Shown: positions 41,090 to 53,216 of the stretch, piece after piece
Layout of the letters: every line of letters begins with the position of its first letter
How positions within the stretch are numbered: position 1 is the first letter of the stretch
Origin: an uncultured Actinomycetes bacterium
GTDB taxonomy: Bacteria > Actinomycetota > CADDZG01 > JAHWKV01
Assembly: GCA_964501265.1 (NCBI GenBank)
Contig: CAZCSK010000005.1
Span: 1,944-65,943, forward strand
Length of the DNA: 64,000 bases
Reading direction: 5' to 3'
Notes under the pieces: generated by a model
The model's input: the letters and a program-made list of their open reading frames with translations, nothing else
Told to the model about the DNA's origin: nothing
The model's database searches: none
Program-made: the position numbers and the translations under genes

Positions 41090-41581
41090 TTGGAGAGCAA
41101 GATCAACTACGTTGAGGTTTTCGACATCACCCACGCGCGATTCCAGGGTTGGTGGATCATCGGCATCCCTCTCGTATTGACGGTAGTCTTCGCCAGACTT
41201 GTCATCGTCGAGCGACGTCGCCACACGGGGCCGTTCAGCCTGCCCATGTGGATGCACTGGATACTGCCGGGCTTTCCGCTCACCGCCATGCTCTTCATGA
41301 TCGGCTCTCTTAGCGTCGCTCAAGCACGCCTGGAAAGCGCGTATCGTCATGGGCGCGTCACATACGTCGAAGGCCAGGTTGCGAACTTTGAGACCAATGC
41401 CAAGGTCGAGTGGTTCGACGTAAACGGTAAGCACTTCGAGTACTCCCCCTACGTTCTGCAGCCTGGGTTCAATCGAACCGCCGCTCGAGGGGGACCCATC
41501 AGACCGCACCTGCAGGTGAGGATCGGCTATATCGGCGACACAATCGTGTGGTTGGGCGTGGCAAATGATGTAGTTCCGTGA
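41090..41581 (+). CDS. Hypothetical membrane protein
   Basis: Two TMs and a soluble C-terminal domain. Follows the rlpA-like gene by 4 nt. Confidence 0.6.
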   Translation: MESKINYVEVFDITHARFQGWWIIGIPLVLTVVFARLVIVERRRHTGPFSLPMWMHWILPGFPLTAMLFMIGSLSVAQARLESAYRHGRVTYVEGQVANFETNAKVEWFDVNGKHFEYSPYVLQPGFNRTAARGGPIRPHLQVRIGYIGDTIVWLGVANDVVP

Positions 41582-41699
41582 ACGACGGGAAGTAGCTGAC
41601 GCTTTTAGTCACGACAACCAAACGCTCCGGTAGGGTGTCAAATCGGTAGGCAAATATTTCTTAAAAACATTTCTCGGGGAGGCTCAAATCGGGTCTTTT

Positions 41700-41721
41700 T
41701 GTCGTACCCCATCTCTACAAT
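41700..41721 (+). promoter_or_regulatory. RecA-NDp/PafBC-type promoter motif
   Basis: TGTCGT-N10-TACAAT, 7 nt before ATG 41729. Confidence 0.6.
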
Positions 41722-41728
41722 TTGAAGT

Positions 41729-42893
41729 ATGGAAACGTCAGTTTTTAGTGAGGCGCCAAGCGGTGAATTGGCCGATGCCATTCAGCAGATGAATGCGGCC
41801 CGCTCAGCGCTTCACGGGTCGATGTTTGAAGCCATAGTCGCCTATGACCGCGCAACCTCTGGAAAGAAGAGGGAGCGAGCTGCATGGCGGCTTGGCTTGC
41901 CACTTGGATCGGCATCCCCAACCACCTGGCACAGGAATGGGTGAGGTAGCCCACGGCCTGGACAAGTTGCCCTATATTGCGTCCGCCTACAAACTGGGTC
42001 ACCTTTGCTGGGGCCATGTCCGGCTTCTTACTCGCCACGCAACCATAGACACGCAGGAGGAGTGGGTCGACAAGGCCTTGAGGATGACGGTCGATCAGCT
42101 ACAAGACGCTATCCGTAGCGAGAAGCGACCCAGCGCGTCCAGTGCGCAGGAGGCCTACCGCAGCCGGTTCTTAAGCTTTCGATGGGACGATGAGGCCTGC
42201 CTGTTGCACTTGAAGGGGTCTTTGGCCGACTCAGATGGAGCAATCGTCAAAAAAGCATTGGAGCGCCTGGCTGAGAAGGCGCCCGTCAACCCCGAGACCG
42301 GGATGTTTGATCCATTCGAGCAGCGCTGCGCGGATGCCCTGGTGCAGATCGCTTCTGGCAACCTTGGCGCTGACCGCGATCCAGAACGGGCAACCGTGGT
42401 GGTACATGTGGACGTTGCGCTTCTGGCTTCAGATGACGCTGAAGGGGTGGCTAGATTGGAAGATGGCCCGGCAATAGCGGCTGAGACTGCTCGCAGGCTC
42501 GCTTGTGATCCCTATATGGAAACGCTGGTTGAAGGACCAGACGGCAAGCCGCTTGGAATTGGGCGAAAAAGTCGTCAGATCCCGGGGTGGCTGCGCCGCC
42601 AGCTTCGCAGACGCGATCGGTGTTGCCGCTTTCCCGGTTGCAACCGCAGCCGGTGGGTACATGCTCATCACATAGACCCATGGGCGAAGGGGGGCCGGAC
42701 CGACAAGAACAATTTAGTTCTGCTGTGCGTTTACCATCATCGGTTGGTTCATGAGGGTAAATGGAGCATTCGAGGAAGTCCCGAAGGTGAGATAACTTTC
42801 GTTGACCCGATGGGCCGAGGGCTCAGCTGGGCGCCGCCTCCACCGCTTCGACCAGATATACGGGCACGGTTGCCTATTCCGGTGGCTACGTAA
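41729..42893 (+). pseudogene. DUF222/13E12-type HNH protein with two frameshifts (pseudogene or sequencing error)
   Basis: ADAL, ARRLACD, RD..CRFPGC, HHI..W..GG.T...NL.LLC..HH. N-terminus is split over three frames near 41851 and 41946. Confidence 0.8.
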
Positions 42894-42917
42894 AGGAGTA
42901 CCCGTAGGATTGCGGGC

Positions 42918-44396
42918 ATGTCACGTTACGTTTTGGCCATCGATGCTGGCACCACGGGAATCACCGTTCTGCTGGTCGACCACGAGGGCGCTATCTTCCG
43001 AAAGATCTACCAGGAGTTTCCGCAGCACTTTCCAAGGCCCGGATGGGTGGAGCACGACCCCGAGGAAATCTGGAAGGCCGTTCGAGTCACGATCAACAAA
43101 GCGCTCGAAGGAATCGGCCCTGCGGCGATTGTCGCCATCGGCATCACAAACCAGCGCGAGACGACGGTTGTGTGGGAGCGAAAGACGCTCCGGCCGGTTC
43201 ACAATGCCATCGTGTGGCAATGCCGGCGTTCGGCGGATATCTGCGAGGAACTAAAAGCAAAGGGCCTTGAAGAAGTCTTTCGTTCAAAGACGGGCCTAGT
43301 GCTCGACGCATATTTTTCGGGTACAAAGATCACCTGGCTCCTCCGAGAAAAACCTGAACTCCGGCGTCGCGCCGAGGCAGGCGAGCTCGCCTTCGGCACT
43401 ATAGATACTTGGCTCATCGCCAAACTGACGGGCGGCGCGGCCCACGTCACCGATTACTCCAACGCCAGCCGCACTTTGATGTTCAACATTCACGACTTGG
43501 ACTGGGATCCAGAACTCTTGGACGCACTCGCAGTCCCTGCTTCCTTGCTTCCCGAGGTCAAACCCTCGGCTCATCGATTCGGTGTCACCGCAGCGGCGGA
43601 ATTCGCAGGGGGCGAGATTCCCATCTCCGGCGTAGCCGGCGATCAACAGGCTGCCCTATTCGGCCAAGCATGCTTTGAGCCGGGCATGTCAAAAAACACC
43701 TACGGCACCGGCTCATTCGTCCTCTCCAACACCGGCGGTTCTCATCCCATCTCCCCTAGCGGCCTTCTAACGTCCATCGCTTGGGGAATCGACGGCCGGG
43801 TGGATTACGCGCTGGAAGGGTCGATCTTCATCACGGGGGCAGCGGTGCAGTGGCTACGTGACGGTCTCGGAATCATCTCGAGTGCGTCAGAGATTGGACC
43901 ACTCGCTTCCAGTGTCGACGACACAGGCGGCGTGACATTCGTTCCGGCCTTCGTGGGTCTCGGCGCTCCGCACTGGGACTCCCAGGCCCGCGGGACAATT
44001 ACCGGTATCACTCGTGGAACAACCAAGGCCCACATAGCCCGAGCAGCCGTCGAGGCTATGGCCTATCAAACAAAGGACGTGGTCGACGCGATGAGCAACG
44101 ACTCAGGCCTGCCACTCACTGAGCTGCGAGTCGACGGCGGCGCCAGCGTCATGGACCTGTTGTGCCAATTCCAGTCAGACATGCTTGGAATTCCAGTGGT
44201 ACGACCGCGCATCCAGGAGACGACCGCGATGGGCGCCGCCTATCTCGCCGGCATTACCGAGGGCTTCTGGCCGGGAACCGATGTCGTCGCGGCGCAATGG
44301 ACAATCGATCGCCTTTTTGAGCCGAAGATGTCCGAAGATCGCAGGGCGAGTCTTTACGAAGCGTGGCAACAGGCGGTAGCGCGAACTCGACTCTAA
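42918..44396 (+). CDS. glpK: Glycerol kinase
   Basis: [40 protein letters not shown]. Confidence 0.97.
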   Translation: MSRYVLAIDAGTTGITVLLVDHEGAIFRKIYQEFPQHFPRPGWVEHDPEEIWKAVRVTINKALEGIGPAAIVAIGITNQRETTVVWERKTLRPVHNAIVWQCRRSADICEELKAKGLEEVFRSKTGLVLDAYFSGTKITWLLREKPELRRRAEAGELAFGTIDTWLIAKLTGGAAHVTDYSNASRTLMFNIHDLDWDPELLDALAVPASLLPEVKPSAHRFGVTAAAEFAGGEIPISGVAGDQQAALFGQACFEPGMSKNTYGTGSFVLSNTGGSHPISPSGLLTSIAWGIDGRVDYALEGSIFITGAAVQWLRDGLGIISSASEIGPLASSVDDTGGVTFVPAFVGLGAPHWDSQARGTITGITRGTTKAHIARAAVEAMAYQTKDVVDAMSNDSGLPLTELRVDGGASVMDLLCQFQSDMLGIPVVRPRIQETTAMGAAYLAGITEGFWPGTDVVAAQWTIDRLFEPKMSEDRRASLYEAWQQAVARTRL

Positions 44397-44406
44397 ATCT
44401 TCGTCC

Positions 44407-45123
44407 TTAGCCCAGCATTTCGTCGGCGGGGATCCGAAAGTCCTCCGGGGTCGGTTCGGTTGCCTCTTTCGATGCGTATTCGTCGTGGTAGTCCTGCCCC
44501 GTCAAACTCATGATCTCGTACATGATTTCGTCAGTCACGGTGCGAAGGACGAAACGGTTCTCTTCTTCAGAGAAATACCTTTCGAATGAAAGTGGCCGTC
44601 CAAACTTGACCGTTACGCGACCCCACAATTTCGGAAACTTAGCCGCCTTCGGCATAACCTCGCGGCTGCCGATCAGACCCACCGGCACAACACAGGCCTT
44701 CGCTCGAAGAGCAAGCCTGGCAACTCCCGTTCGGCCGCGGTAAAGGCGCCCGTCCGGAGACCTGGTGCCCTCCGGATAGAGTCCGAGCACACCCGAAGAC
44801 TCCAGTACTTCTAGCCCGGCTTGCAGCGCGGCCTCGGTCTTTTCTTTGGCTTCACGTTTTACCGGAATCATGCCTAGAGCCTTGAAAAACCAGGCAGTCT
44901 TCCACGATTCAAAATAATCCGACTTGGCCAAATAAAACATCCGTCGCGGGATAACAAAAGGAATCCATAGCGAGTCCATGAACGACACGTGATTCGCAAC
45001 GACGATCACTGGCCCATCTTCGGGCAATGACTCCAGCCCCTCTGCTCGAACCTTATAGAGGACGCGCATGACCGGGGTAAGCAGACCCCTGGTAAAGCGG
45101 TATAAGAAGTTGCCCTTCTCCAT
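44407..45123 (-). CDS. Lysophospholipid acyltransferase (PlsC-like)
   Basis: NHVSFMD, YPEGTRSPDGRLYRG. Confidence 0.92.
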   Translation of the reverse strand: MEKGNFLYRFTRGLLTPVMRVLYKVRAEGLESLPEDGPVIVVANHVSFMDSLWIPFVIPRRMFYLAKSDYFESWKTAWFFKALGMIPVKREAKEKTEAALQAGLEVLESSGVLGLYPEGTRSPDGRLYRGRTGVARLALRAKACVVPVGLIGSREVMPKAAKFPKLWGRVTVKFGRPLSFERYFSEEENRFVLRTVTDEIMYEIMSLTGQDYHDEYASKEATEPTPEDFRIPADEMLG

Positions 45124-45192
45124 ATGCAATTCGCTCCCTCAAAGACAGACCATACTCAATTTTTGGCCTTCCTGCCTGTTACGATCTCGAAC

Positions 45193-46410
45193 ATGACAAG
45201 AGGGCCCTTCTCCGAGACCGTCGAACTGACCGGGCACATCATCGATTCGCTGTTGCTACCAAAAATCCTCGATGAATTGGTGGAGGGGGGCGCCGAGTAC
45301 GAGATTGTCCACTTCCAAATCGGGCGCACGCACCAGGACTCATCCGTCGCGCGCATCGAGTTCTGGACAGCGGACGAACAATCATTGGAACGCGTGCTCG
45401 GCCGGCTTCTCCCGCTGGGGGCGGTCCCTGTCGATGCCGCCGATGCCGCCCTGGAAGCCGCCGACCTGGACGGCGCCTTCCCTTATAACTTCTACTCCAC
45501 CACCAACCTTCCTACCGCAGTCCGCGTCAAGGGCAAGTGGGCGCCGGTCGAAAACCCTGAGATGGACTGCGGAATCGTCATCTCCGAAGGTCATGCCCGC
45601 ACTATTCCCGTCTCGGATATTCGCAAAGGTCAGATGGTCGTAACCGGACGCTCCGGGCTACGCGTGACTCCGATGGAGCGTCCTCGCGATCACACCGACT
45701 TCGCTTTCATGGCGTCGTCGGTGTCGTCAGAAAAACCGAAAGAACTGCAGATCGCAAGGGTCGCTGAGGAAATGAAGCGGGTGCGGGCGGGCGGCAAGAA
45801 GATCCTATGGATCGTAGGGCCAGCCCTCATCCACACCGGCTCCGGCAAAGACCTCTGCGATCTTGTCAACGAGGGTTGGGTCAACGTCTTATTCTCCGGC
45901 AACGGATTCGCCACTCACGATATTGAGTCGTCTATCTTCAAGACGTCCCTCGGCGTCTATCTCGAGAAGGGGACATCCGCCGAAGGGGGGCATGAGCACC
46001 ACATTCGGGCCATCAATGCCGTCCGCCGCTCAGGGAGCATCGCAAAGGCCGTCAAGGAGGGCACGATTACTTCAGGCGTCATGCACGCTTTGGTCTTGAG
46101 CGGCATTCCCTACGTCTTGGGAGGCTCAGTTCGCGATGATGGGCCACTGCCCGACACGGTCACCGACGTAATCGATGCCCAGCGTCAGATGCGCGCTCTC
46201 ATCACTGACGTGGGAATGGCGATCGTCGTCTCATCGATGCTTCACGGGATCGCAACCGGCAACCTTCTTCCGGCCGCAATACCGATCGTTTGCGTCGACA
46301 TCAACCCGTCGACAGTCACTAAGCTGCTCGATCGCGGCAGCATACAGAGCGCGGGCCTTGTGACCGATGTCGGACTTTTCGTGAAGCAGTTAAGAAACCT
46401 TCTTCTCTAG
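45193..46410 (+). CDS. TIGR00300-family protein
   Basis: GHIIDS, FYSTTN, F.FM.S.VSSEKP, GN..ATHDIE, GSVRDDGPLPD, H.IATGN, VTDVG.F. Confidence 0.85.
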   Translation: MTRGPFSETVELTGHIIDSLLLPKILDELVEGGAEYEIVHFQIGRTHQDSSVARIEFWTADEQSLERVLGRLLPLGAVPVDAADAALEAADLDGAFPYNFYSTTNLPTAVRVKGKWAPVENPEMDCGIVISEGHARTIPVSDIRKGQMVVTGRSGLRVTPMERPRDHTDFAFMASSVSSEKPKELQIARVAEEMKRVRAGGKKILWIVGPALIHTGSGKDLCDLVNEGWVNVLFSGNGFATHDIESSIFKTSLGVYLEKGTSAEGGHEHHIRAINAVRRSGSIAKAVKEGTITSGVMHALVLSGIPYVLGGSVRDDGPLPDTVTDVIDAQRQMRALITDVGMAIVVSSMLHGIATGNLLPAAIPIVCVDINPSTVTKLLDRGSIQSAGLVTDVGLFVKQLRNLLL

Positions 46411-46706
46411 TTGCGGGGTTCCACCGGCAGGATCATTGACTGCGCTCGCCGGTAGAGGCTGTCTGCAGTTTCGTCCGTCCCGTGGGGCCGGGGCTCGAGG
46501 GAACCTCCCAAGGGTTCAATTTTGGGCGTCACGCGCGCCTTGAACGCATCCCATCCTCCTGGGTTCATGTTGGCGAGAACCACGAAAAGTCGGCCTCCTT
46601 CAGTGTAAACACCGTCGCCCGTGCGGATGCTGCGGCCAGCCAGCCGGCGAATGGCGTCGACATCGCTCCCATCTCCGCATATAAGTTCCACTACATCGAC
46701 ATTCAA
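46407..46706 (-). CDS. Small hypothetical protein, possible degenerate GGDEF-like fold
   Basis: Coupled to the aminotransferase. IR..D...LFVVL and TADSLYRRA patterns. Confidence 0.5.
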   Translation of the reverse strand: MNVDVVELICGDGSDVDAIRRLAGRSIRTGDGVYTEGGRLFVVLANMNPGGWDAFKARVTPKIEPLGGSLEPRPHGTDETADSLYRRAQSMILPVEPRN

Positions 46707-47887
46707 ACGGTCCTCCTCCCAACATCTAAAGCTGTCTTAATTCCTCGGACCGCCTGTCGGATACGTTGTTCGTTCTCGACCAGAGCGAACCGGACGTGGC
46801 CGTCCCCCGCTTTGCCGAACCCAATCCCCGGCGACACCGCCACTTTAGCCTCCGAAATGAGATGTTTGGCAAACTCCAGCGAACCTGCAGCGCGAAACGG
46901 CTCCGGTATTGGCGCCCAAGCGAACATCGTCGCCGCCGGAGTTGGGATCTCCCACCCGGCACGCGCCAGTCCCGCGACCAGAGCGTCTCGCCTGGCGCGG
47001 TACGTCTCACGTATTTCCTTGGGGGCTTGGGTCATTTCATTCAACGCGATTATTCCTGCTATCTGTATCGGTTGAAAGACACCATAATCGAGATAGGACT
47101 TCAGGCTCGTAAGGGCCTTCACCACCTCCGCGTTTCCGCACATGAACGCTAACCTCCATCCAGCCATCGAATACGACTTGGACATCGAAAAAAACTCGAC
47201 CCCAACTTCCTTTGCGCCTGGCACCTGCAGAAGGGATGGTGCGCGCTCCTCGTCGAAAACAAGGTCGGCGTACGCCATGTCATGCACGAGGATCACGTCA
47301 CGCTTGCGTGCAAATTCGACCAACCTCTCGAAGAATTCTAGATCGGCTGTGACGGTCGTTGGGTTGTGCGGGAACGAAATCAAGATAACCCTCGGCGCGG
47401 GAGAAGCGTTTTCGAAAGCGTGCGTGAGACTGGCAAAGAAGTCGGCTCCAAGCGATAAGGGCACGCTCTGGACGTTGGCTCCCGCCAGCATCGGCGCATA
47501 GGTGTGAATCGGATATGTCGGCTCCGGAACAAGGCAAGTGTCTCCCGGCTCCAACAGGACCCACATCAGATGGCTGAGGCCCTCCTTCGCGCCTATCGTC
47601 GCGATTACCTCGGTCTCGGGATCAATCGTAACGTCGTAAGAACGCTCGTACCAGTCGGCGATCGCTTGCCTTAGTTTTGGAATCCCTCGCGAGGCCGAGT
47701 ATCGATGGTTCCGCGGATTGCGGGCCGCCTCAACCAGTTTGTCAACTATTACCTCCGGCGTAGGGATATCGGGATTGCCCATACCAAGGTCTATGACGTC
47801 CTCACCAGCTCGACGCGCGGAAGCCTTCAATTCGTTAACGACCGCAAAGACGTACGGCGGAAATCGCTCTATGCGCCTGAACTCCAC
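46703..47887 (-). CDS. PLP-dependent class I/II aminotransferase (AlaC-like)
   Basis: [39 protein letters not shown]. Confidence 0.92.
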   Translation of the reverse strand: MEFRRIERFPPYVFAVVNELKASARRAGEDVIDLGMGNPDIPTPEVIVDKLVEAARNPRNHRYSASRGIPKLRQAIADWYERSYDVTIDPETEVIATIGAKEGLSHLMWVLLEPGDTCLVPEPTYPIHTYAPMLAGANVQSVPLSLGADFFASLTHAFENASPAPRVILISFPHNPTTVTADLEFFERLVEFARKRDVILVHDMAYADLVFDEERAPSLLQVPGAKEVGVEFFSMSKSYSMAGWRLAFMCGNAEVVKALTSLKSYLDYGVFQPIQIAGIIALNEMTQAPKEIRETYRARRDALVAGLARAGWEIPTPAATMFAWAPIPEPFRAAGSLEFAKHLISEAKVAVSPGIGFGKAGDGHVRFALVENEQRIRQAVRGIKTALDVGRRTV

Positions 47888-49389
47888 TAGTACAACTCGC
47901 CGAACTTCGAAGCGATGTAACGGACGAACGGTTCCGTGTCGATACCTTCGTCGGCGGAAGACCCAGTGGCATCTGCAATTATTTCCGCCGGTCGCTTGAC
48001 TGAACCCTGCGAATGGATGTTCTCGATTAGCCATCCGAGCAACGGCGCGAAGTTCCGGTTACGAAGTTGATCGCTAAGGGCATCCATCCCCCCAACTGAA
48101 GCTGCGGCGGCCTCGAAAAGAGCTGCCGAGTAAACCGACCCGATCAGGTAGGTAGGAAAGTAGCCGACATATCCTTGGCTCCAGTGCACGTCCTGCAAGA
48201 CACCGTCGGCGTCGCTTTCAGGCTCGATCGAAAGATGCCGTCGCATCGCTTCATTCCAAGCCGCGGGAAGGTCTCGCGTTGCCACTTCGCCCCGGGTGAT
48301 CGCCAATTCAAGGTCGAAACGAACGGCGATATGCAAGGGATAGGTGACTTCGTCCGCTTGAACACGAACAAGCGACGGCTCGGCCCGATTGACCGCCCGG
48401 TAGATCGATTCGGGGGTCGCAGCGTCGAGCGGTTTCAAGAACTTCCGGGCTAAGGGCAACTCCCCTTCCCAAAAGGCCAGGCTACGGCCAACGTGGTTCT
48501 CCCAAAGACGTGACTGCGACTCGTTGACGCCGAAAGAGACCGGCGCGCCGATGGTGGTTTCCATCCACTCCTTGCGAAGTCCTAAGTAATAGAGGCCGTG
48601 ACCCATCTCATGCAGGGTCGCGAGGATGGCTTCCTTGGGATCGCCAGGATCTAAACGTGTCGTTAGTCGCGCGTCGTTCGGCGCGATCCCAGACGTAAAC
48701 GGATGCGGCGACAGGTCCAGCCTGCCTGCTTGCATATCGTAGCCCAATCGGGGGAGGAGATCCCGGCAGTAATCGAGCAGCGCATCGGGATCGTACGAAC
48801 CTTCGGGGAAACGACGATCGGAATTGTCCGCCCCCAATATCTTGTCCAAAGTGGGCTTGAGGCCAATGGACACTGCTTCGAACATAGGCTTTAATCCCTT
48901 GACCGTCGCTCCCCGCTCAAACAGATCCAGGTGCGCGTCGTAGGGTTCGTCCTCGTACCCCAGAAACTCTGCCTGCTCGGCCTTTAGCTTGAGCATCCTG
49001 TCGAGAATCGGCTCGAAGATCTTAAAGTCGTCCTTGGCCCGTGCTTCTTGCCAGGTGGCTTGCCCCTGGGAGCCGGTCTCGGCCAGTTCCTTCACAAGGC
49101 GAGCCGGCACCCTTACCGCCCGATCCCGATTGAGTTTTGCAAGGTCTAGCATCGCGCGCTTGCTATCGTCGAGGTCCTCTGACAGGAGCGCCTCGATCAG
49201 TCCGCCGTATTGGGAATCGATCACCCTTTCGTGCACGATCCCCGCCAAGGTAGCGAGGACGGCGCCGCGAGCGGGGGCCCCGAGGGGCGGCATCATGGTG
49301 TTCTGGTCCCATCCCAGTAGTCCACCGATGCTCGCCAAATGTCGAAGTTCGCGCATTCGCGAGCTGAACTCATCCCATTTTGCTGTCAC
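47887..49389 (-). CDS. M32 carboxypeptidase
   Basis: [34 protein letters not shown]. Confidence 0.93.
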   Translation of the reverse strand: MTAKWDEFSSRMRELRHLASIGGLLGWDQNTMMPPLGAPARGAVLATLAGIVHERVIDSQYGGLIEALLSEDLDDSKRAMLDLAKLNRDRAVRVPARLVKELAETGSQGQATWQEARAKDDFKIFEPILDRMLKLKAEQAEFLGYEDEPYDAHLDLFERGATVKGLKPMFEAVSIGLKPTLDKILGADNSDRRFPEGSYDPDALLDYCRDLLPRLGYDMQAGRLDLSPHPFTSGIAPNDARLTTRLDPGDPKEAILATLHEMGHGLYYLGLRKEWMETTIGAPVSFGVNESQSRLWENHVGRSLAFWEGELPLARKFLKPLDAATPESIYRAVNRAEPSLVRVQADEVTYPLHIAVRFDLELAITRGEVATRDLPAAWNEAMRRHLSIEPESDADGVLQDVHWSQGYVGYFPTYLIGSVYSAALFEAAAASVGGMDALSDQLRNRNFAPLLGWLIENIHSQGSVKRPAEIIADATGSSADEGIDTEPFVRYIASKFGELY

Positions 49390-49420
49390 GGCTCTCCAGA
49401 GTTTTAAGGGAGGGCCCAGC

Positions 49421-51688
49421 CTATCGTGAACCCCCAGGCTTGATGGAAAAGTGCCGCAGGCGCAGGGAGTTAGTCACTACACTGACGCTCGAAAACGCCA
49501 TAGCGCCCGCAGCCACCGATGGGGACAGCTTCCCGAAGGCTGCGAGCGGTATCGCCGCCACGTTGTAGGCGAAGGCCCAGAACAGGTTCTGGTAGATGAC
49601 TCTGAGGGTTTGACGGGCAAGCCCTATCGCCTCTGGGATCTTTCGGGGATCGCCACCCACCAAAGTTATGTCGGAAGCCTCGATAGCCACATCGGTGCCG
49701 CCGCCGATAGCGATGCCGAGATCCGCTTGAGTCAGAGCGGGGGCGTCGTTGATCCCATCGCCCACCATCGCCACGACGCGCCCGGAACTCTGCAACCGTT
49801 CGATTACCTGAGCCTTACCACCGGGCAAAACTCCCGCAAATACAGTGTCGATACCGAGTTCCTGCGCCACCTTCTCCGCCGTGCGCGTGTTGTCTCCCGT
49901 TAAGAGCACGACATCCACGCCCGCTTGTTTGAGTCCCTGGACCGCCTCGGCTGCGCCTTCTCGCGGCTTGTCCGACAGAGCGATCGCACCGCGCGTACGG
50001 CCGTTCCATCCAACGAACACAACCGTCTTGCCCTCTGTTTCAAGTCTTGCCGAGACTTCGTCAAGATCAGCGCAAGCCATCATGCCTTGCTCGAACAAAA
50101 GCGTCTTGCGGCCAACCGCAACGTCCATCCCATCTACGGTGCCCGTCGCTCCGGCCCCCGAAGCAGCGCGGAAATCCTGAACATTCGAAAGTTCGATGCC
50201 GCGCTCCTGGGCCGCGCGCGCGATCGCACGACCTATCGGATGCTCCGATCCTGATTCCAATGAACCCGCCATTGCGAGAAGCGTCGCCTCATCTACAGAT
50301 CCATCGTTTCCGGTGTCCGGAACGACGTCGGACACCGTCATCTTGCCTTCTGTCAAGGTTCCCGTCTTGTCGAGAACAACGGTCTTGAGTTTTCCGGACC
50401 GTTCCAGAACCGCTCCGCCTCTTATCAGGACACCAAGTTCCGCCCCCCGCCCCGTGCCGGCCATGATTGCCGTGGGGGTCGCAAGACCCATCGCGCAGGG
50501 ACACGCGATGATCAACACTGCGATTGCCGGAATCACGGCCACTCCGATGTCGCCGGTCGAAACGAACCACGCCACTGCGGTGATGAGAGCGACGACGATG
50601 ACTATCGGCACAAAGATGCCAGCCACGCGATCGGCAAGCCGCTCGACCGGCGCCTTTGAACCCTGGGCTTCTTTGACCATCGCGACGATCTGCGCGAGGG
50701 CGCTCTCGGCCCCCACACGCGTCGCCTCAACGATCAGTCGACCCTGCTGATTGACTGTTGCACCAAATACTTCGTCGCCAGGACTCTTGTCGACGGGCAC
50801 CGGTTCACCCGTCAGCATCGACTCATCGATCGCGCTTGTCCCCTCGCGCACGACCGCGTCCACAGGAATCTTGTCGCCGGGCCTAACGACCAGAATGTCG
50901 CCAGGCACCACCTGATCTACGGAAACTTGCGTCTCCACTCCGTCTCGCAGAACAGTGGCGGTCTTGGCGCCCATTTCCAACAGGCGGCGGATTGCTCCCG
51001 ATGTGCGATTGACGGCGCGAGCCTCGAGAAACTTACCTACCAGCAGAAGCGTAATGATCGTCGCGGCAGTCTCGAAATAGACCGCGTGCACGTCGCCGGA
51101 CAGCAGTGAGTAGAGACTGAAACCGAATGCGGCGAGGGTGCCGACCGCGATCAGGGTATCCATGTTGGTCTGAAAACGTCGCGCCTTGAGACCGGCCGAT
51201 TTCAGGAATGGCCAACCTCCCCAGAATTCGACGGGAGCGGCGAGGATCAGTCCGAGCCACGCCGCGCGTTCGTGGCCGTGTGCACCGAGACGGCCGATCA
51301 GGCCCGGAATAAAATGCAGAAGCAGCAGCGGAAAAGTGAGTGCCGCCGAAACGGCGAGCCGGAGGCCGGCCCGCGGGATCACCGATAGATGATCGTGGCC
51401 CGCGTGGATCGAATGCTCGGTTTGAGGCGTGAGACCGTAACCGATCTTCTTCGCCGCTTCGATCAACGTTGTCTCCGGCACGGGTTTGGCAAGTTTCACC
51501 ACCGCCTCCCCATTGGCGAAGTTGACGGCGGCGTCTTCGACTCCGGGAACGCGCGACAAGATTCGCTGCACCCTGATCGCGCATGAGGCGCAGGTCATGC
51601 CCTGCACGTCGAATGTCAGTTTGCTCGAATGCTCCTCGGGTGCTTTAGGAACAGTCTCGACGGAAACTGCATGATGATCGTCGTGCAC
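49421..51688 (-). CDS. copA: Copper-translocating P1B-type ATPase
   Basis: GMTCASC, TGEP, CPC, DKTGT, SEHP, GDGIND, YN and MAFSS. GTG overlaps the copZ stop. Confidence 0.93.
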   Translation of the reverse strand: MHDDHHAVSVETVPKAPEEHSSKLTFDVQGMTCASCAIRVQRILSRVPGVEDAAVNFANGEAVVKLAKPVPETTLIEAAKKIGYGLTPQTEHSIHAGHDHLSVIPRAGLRLAVSAALTFPLLLLHFIPGLIGRLGAHGHERAAWLGLILAAPVEFWGGWPFLKSAGLKARRFQTNMDTLIAVGTLAAFGFSLYSLLSGDVHAVYFETAATIITLLLVGKFLEARAVNRTSGAIRRLLEMGAKTATVLRDGVETQVSVDQVVPGDILVVRPGDKIPVDAVVREGTSAIDESMLTGEPVPVDKSPGDEVFGATVNQQGRLIVEATRVGAESALAQIVAMVKEAQGSKAPVERLADRVAGIFVPIVIVVALITAVAWFVSTGDIGVAVIPAIAVLIIACPCAMGLATPTAIMAGTGRGAELGVLIRGGAVLERSGKLKTVVLDKTGTLTEGKMTVSDVVPDTGNDGSVDEATLLAMAGSLESGSEHPIGRAIARAAQERGIELSNVQDFRAASGAGATGTVDGMDVAVGRKTLLFEQGMMACADLDEVSARLETEGKTVVFVGWNGRTRGAIALSDKPREGAAEAVQGLKQAGVDVVLLTGDNTRTAEKVAQELGIDTVFAGVLPGGKAQVIERLQSSGRVVAMVGDGINDAPALTQADLGIAIGGGTDVAIEASDITLVGGDPRKIPEAIGLARQTLRVIYQNLFWAFAYNVAAIPLAAFGKLSPSVAAGAMAFSSVSVVTNSLRLRHFSIKPGGSR

Positions 51689-51930
51689 TAGGGCTTCTGA
51701 CCAATCTGATGCAACCCCGGCTCGCCTCCAACTTTGTAGCCCTGCTCCTCGATGGCGGCGACTATCTGCTCGACGTTTGATTGGGCTTCGTCGAACTTCA
51801 CGGTCACGTCTTTGGCGCCCAGATCGACTTTCACATTTTCGATCCCGGCCAGCGCCCCGACCGCTCCCTCGATAGACGATACGCAGTGGTCGCAATGAAC
51901 CTCGGGGACGGACAAAACTTTCTCAGCCAT
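51688..51930 (-). CDS. copZ: Copper chaperone
   Basis: 80 aa HMA domain with HCDHC. Confidence 0.88.
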   Translation of the reverse strand: MAEKVLSVPEVHCDHCVSSIEGAVGALAGIENVKVDLGAKDVTVKFDEAQSNVEQIVAAIEEQGYKVGGEPGLHQIGQKP

Positions 51931-51984
51931 GGCTCTTTCCTCTCTGTTTTTGGCCCCTCATGGCCGATGGTTTCGGCCCTTAGG

Positions 51985-52001
51985 ATACCCCTGGGGGGTA
52001 T
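51985..52001. promoter_or_regulatory. CsoR-type operator
   Basis: ATACCCC-TGG-GGGGTAT palindrome upstream of copZA. Confidence 0.8.
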
Positions 52002-52098
52002 TTTACCTCAGGTGCCCAATACCTGATCGATGCGCGCATGGCGCCACGCTGCGTAGAACTCTTCGACCGATCCGAATCAAAGAAGATGATTCATAGCT

Positions 52099-52842
52099 TC
52101 AACTCGCCACCAGAAGGTCGAGGATGAATTGGGCTCCGAGGCCCGTAAGCAGAGCTATGTAGTAAAGACCAGTGGCAGATTGATTCGAACGCGCCTTGAC
52201 CGTTGAGAGGATCATGAATCCCAAGACCGCCGTACTCGCCACCAGAAGCGCCCAGGTCCACCAATATGACGATGCGGAGACCGCAAGAATTCCCGACGTA
52301 ATCTTGGTCTGCACAAGTGCCGCCCGTGTGGCAACACCCAACCCCGCTGAGGCAGCGAGCAGACCCAGCATCACTCGGGTCTGAGTCTCAAGCGGCTTCA
52401 TCGGCAGTCTTGCTTGATTGAGATACCAATGTCCAAGCGTCATCCCATGCGTTACCGCCCCCATGAACAGGAGTCCTCCGAGAGCATGCGCTATCCCAAG
52501 CTCGCATGAAGAGCGGCAAAGCGTTCTTCCCATCAAAAAGACCAACCCTACGGTGCTCGCGGCAGCAGTGATTCCGAATAGCCACTCAAGTGCCGGACGT
52601 TGGGTGTAGGTGCAAATGAGATAAATGGCCATCAAGCCCGCAGTACCGAGACCGACAGAACGAAAGTTCCCCGGCAAGGCGAGCGAAACTGCCGCCATCA
52701 AGGGGGCGAGTACCCAAGTTGTGGAACGGAAGTAGCCGCGGTTGATCATTCGAAATCCGAACATCGCCAGCACCATAAACAGAAAAGTTCCAGAGAGTAA
52801 CTGAACCGAAACGAGAAAGAAGGCCCCCTCCGGGCCCCTCAT
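52099..52842 (-). CDS. Polytopic membrane protein of unknown function
   Basis: About 8 TMs, LGHWYL and SATGLYY motifs. Confidence 0.7.
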   Translation of the reverse strand: MRGPEGAFFLVSVQLLSGTFLFMVLAMFGFRMINRGYFRSTTWVLAPLMAAVSLALPGNFRSVGLGTAGLMAIYLICTYTQRPALEWLFGITAAASTVGLVFLMGRTLCRSSCELGIAHALGGLLFMGAVTHGMTLGHWYLNQARLPMKPLETQTRVMLGLLAASAGLGVATRAALVQTKITSGILAVSASSYWWTWALLVASTAVLGFMILSTVKARSNQSATGLYYIALLTGLGAQFILDLLVAS

Positions 52843-53216
52843 CCGGGGGGGTTCGGGGGGGTAGAGAACAAGCGATCCTTAATGGCGTCCGGCACAAACT
52901 TCGTTGCGGCCGCAATTATTTTCTGGACGACTTGAAGAACGTCGTCTTCGCCTTCCCAATGCTCGGCAAGGATCTCGCTGGGCACTCGGTTTAACATGCT
53001 GTCGAGCCCGAGCGCTATAAGCAACAGGTCGTCGACTTTGCCGATCCCCGGTATCCAATCAGGAATGACATCAAAGGGCATGAGGAAATACGCGGCGATC
53101 CCGCCGAACACAATCTTGTTCCTCAACGGAACTCGAGGATCGCGCGTCAACCGAAACAGCAGTTTGCCTATGTTGGGCAGGGCGGCCAGAGCCGACTTGA
53201 TCTTCTCGTCCATCAA
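52839..53216 (-). CDS. DUF1232/YkvA-family protein
   Basis: DPRVP...K, Y...P.D.IPD.IP.IG..DD. Confidence 0.85.
   Translation of the reverse strand: MMDEKIKSALAALPNIGKLLFRLTRDPRVPLRNKIVFGGIAAYFLMPFDVIPDWIPGIGKVDDLLLIALGLDSMLNRVPSEILAEHWEGEDDVLQVVQKIIAAATKFVPDAIKDRLFSTPPNPPG
52844..52864 (+). repeat. Left arm of the element forming the DUF1232 C-terminus
   Basis: CGGGGGGGTTCGGGGGGGTAG, read on the minus strand as TPPNPP. Confidence 0.7.
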
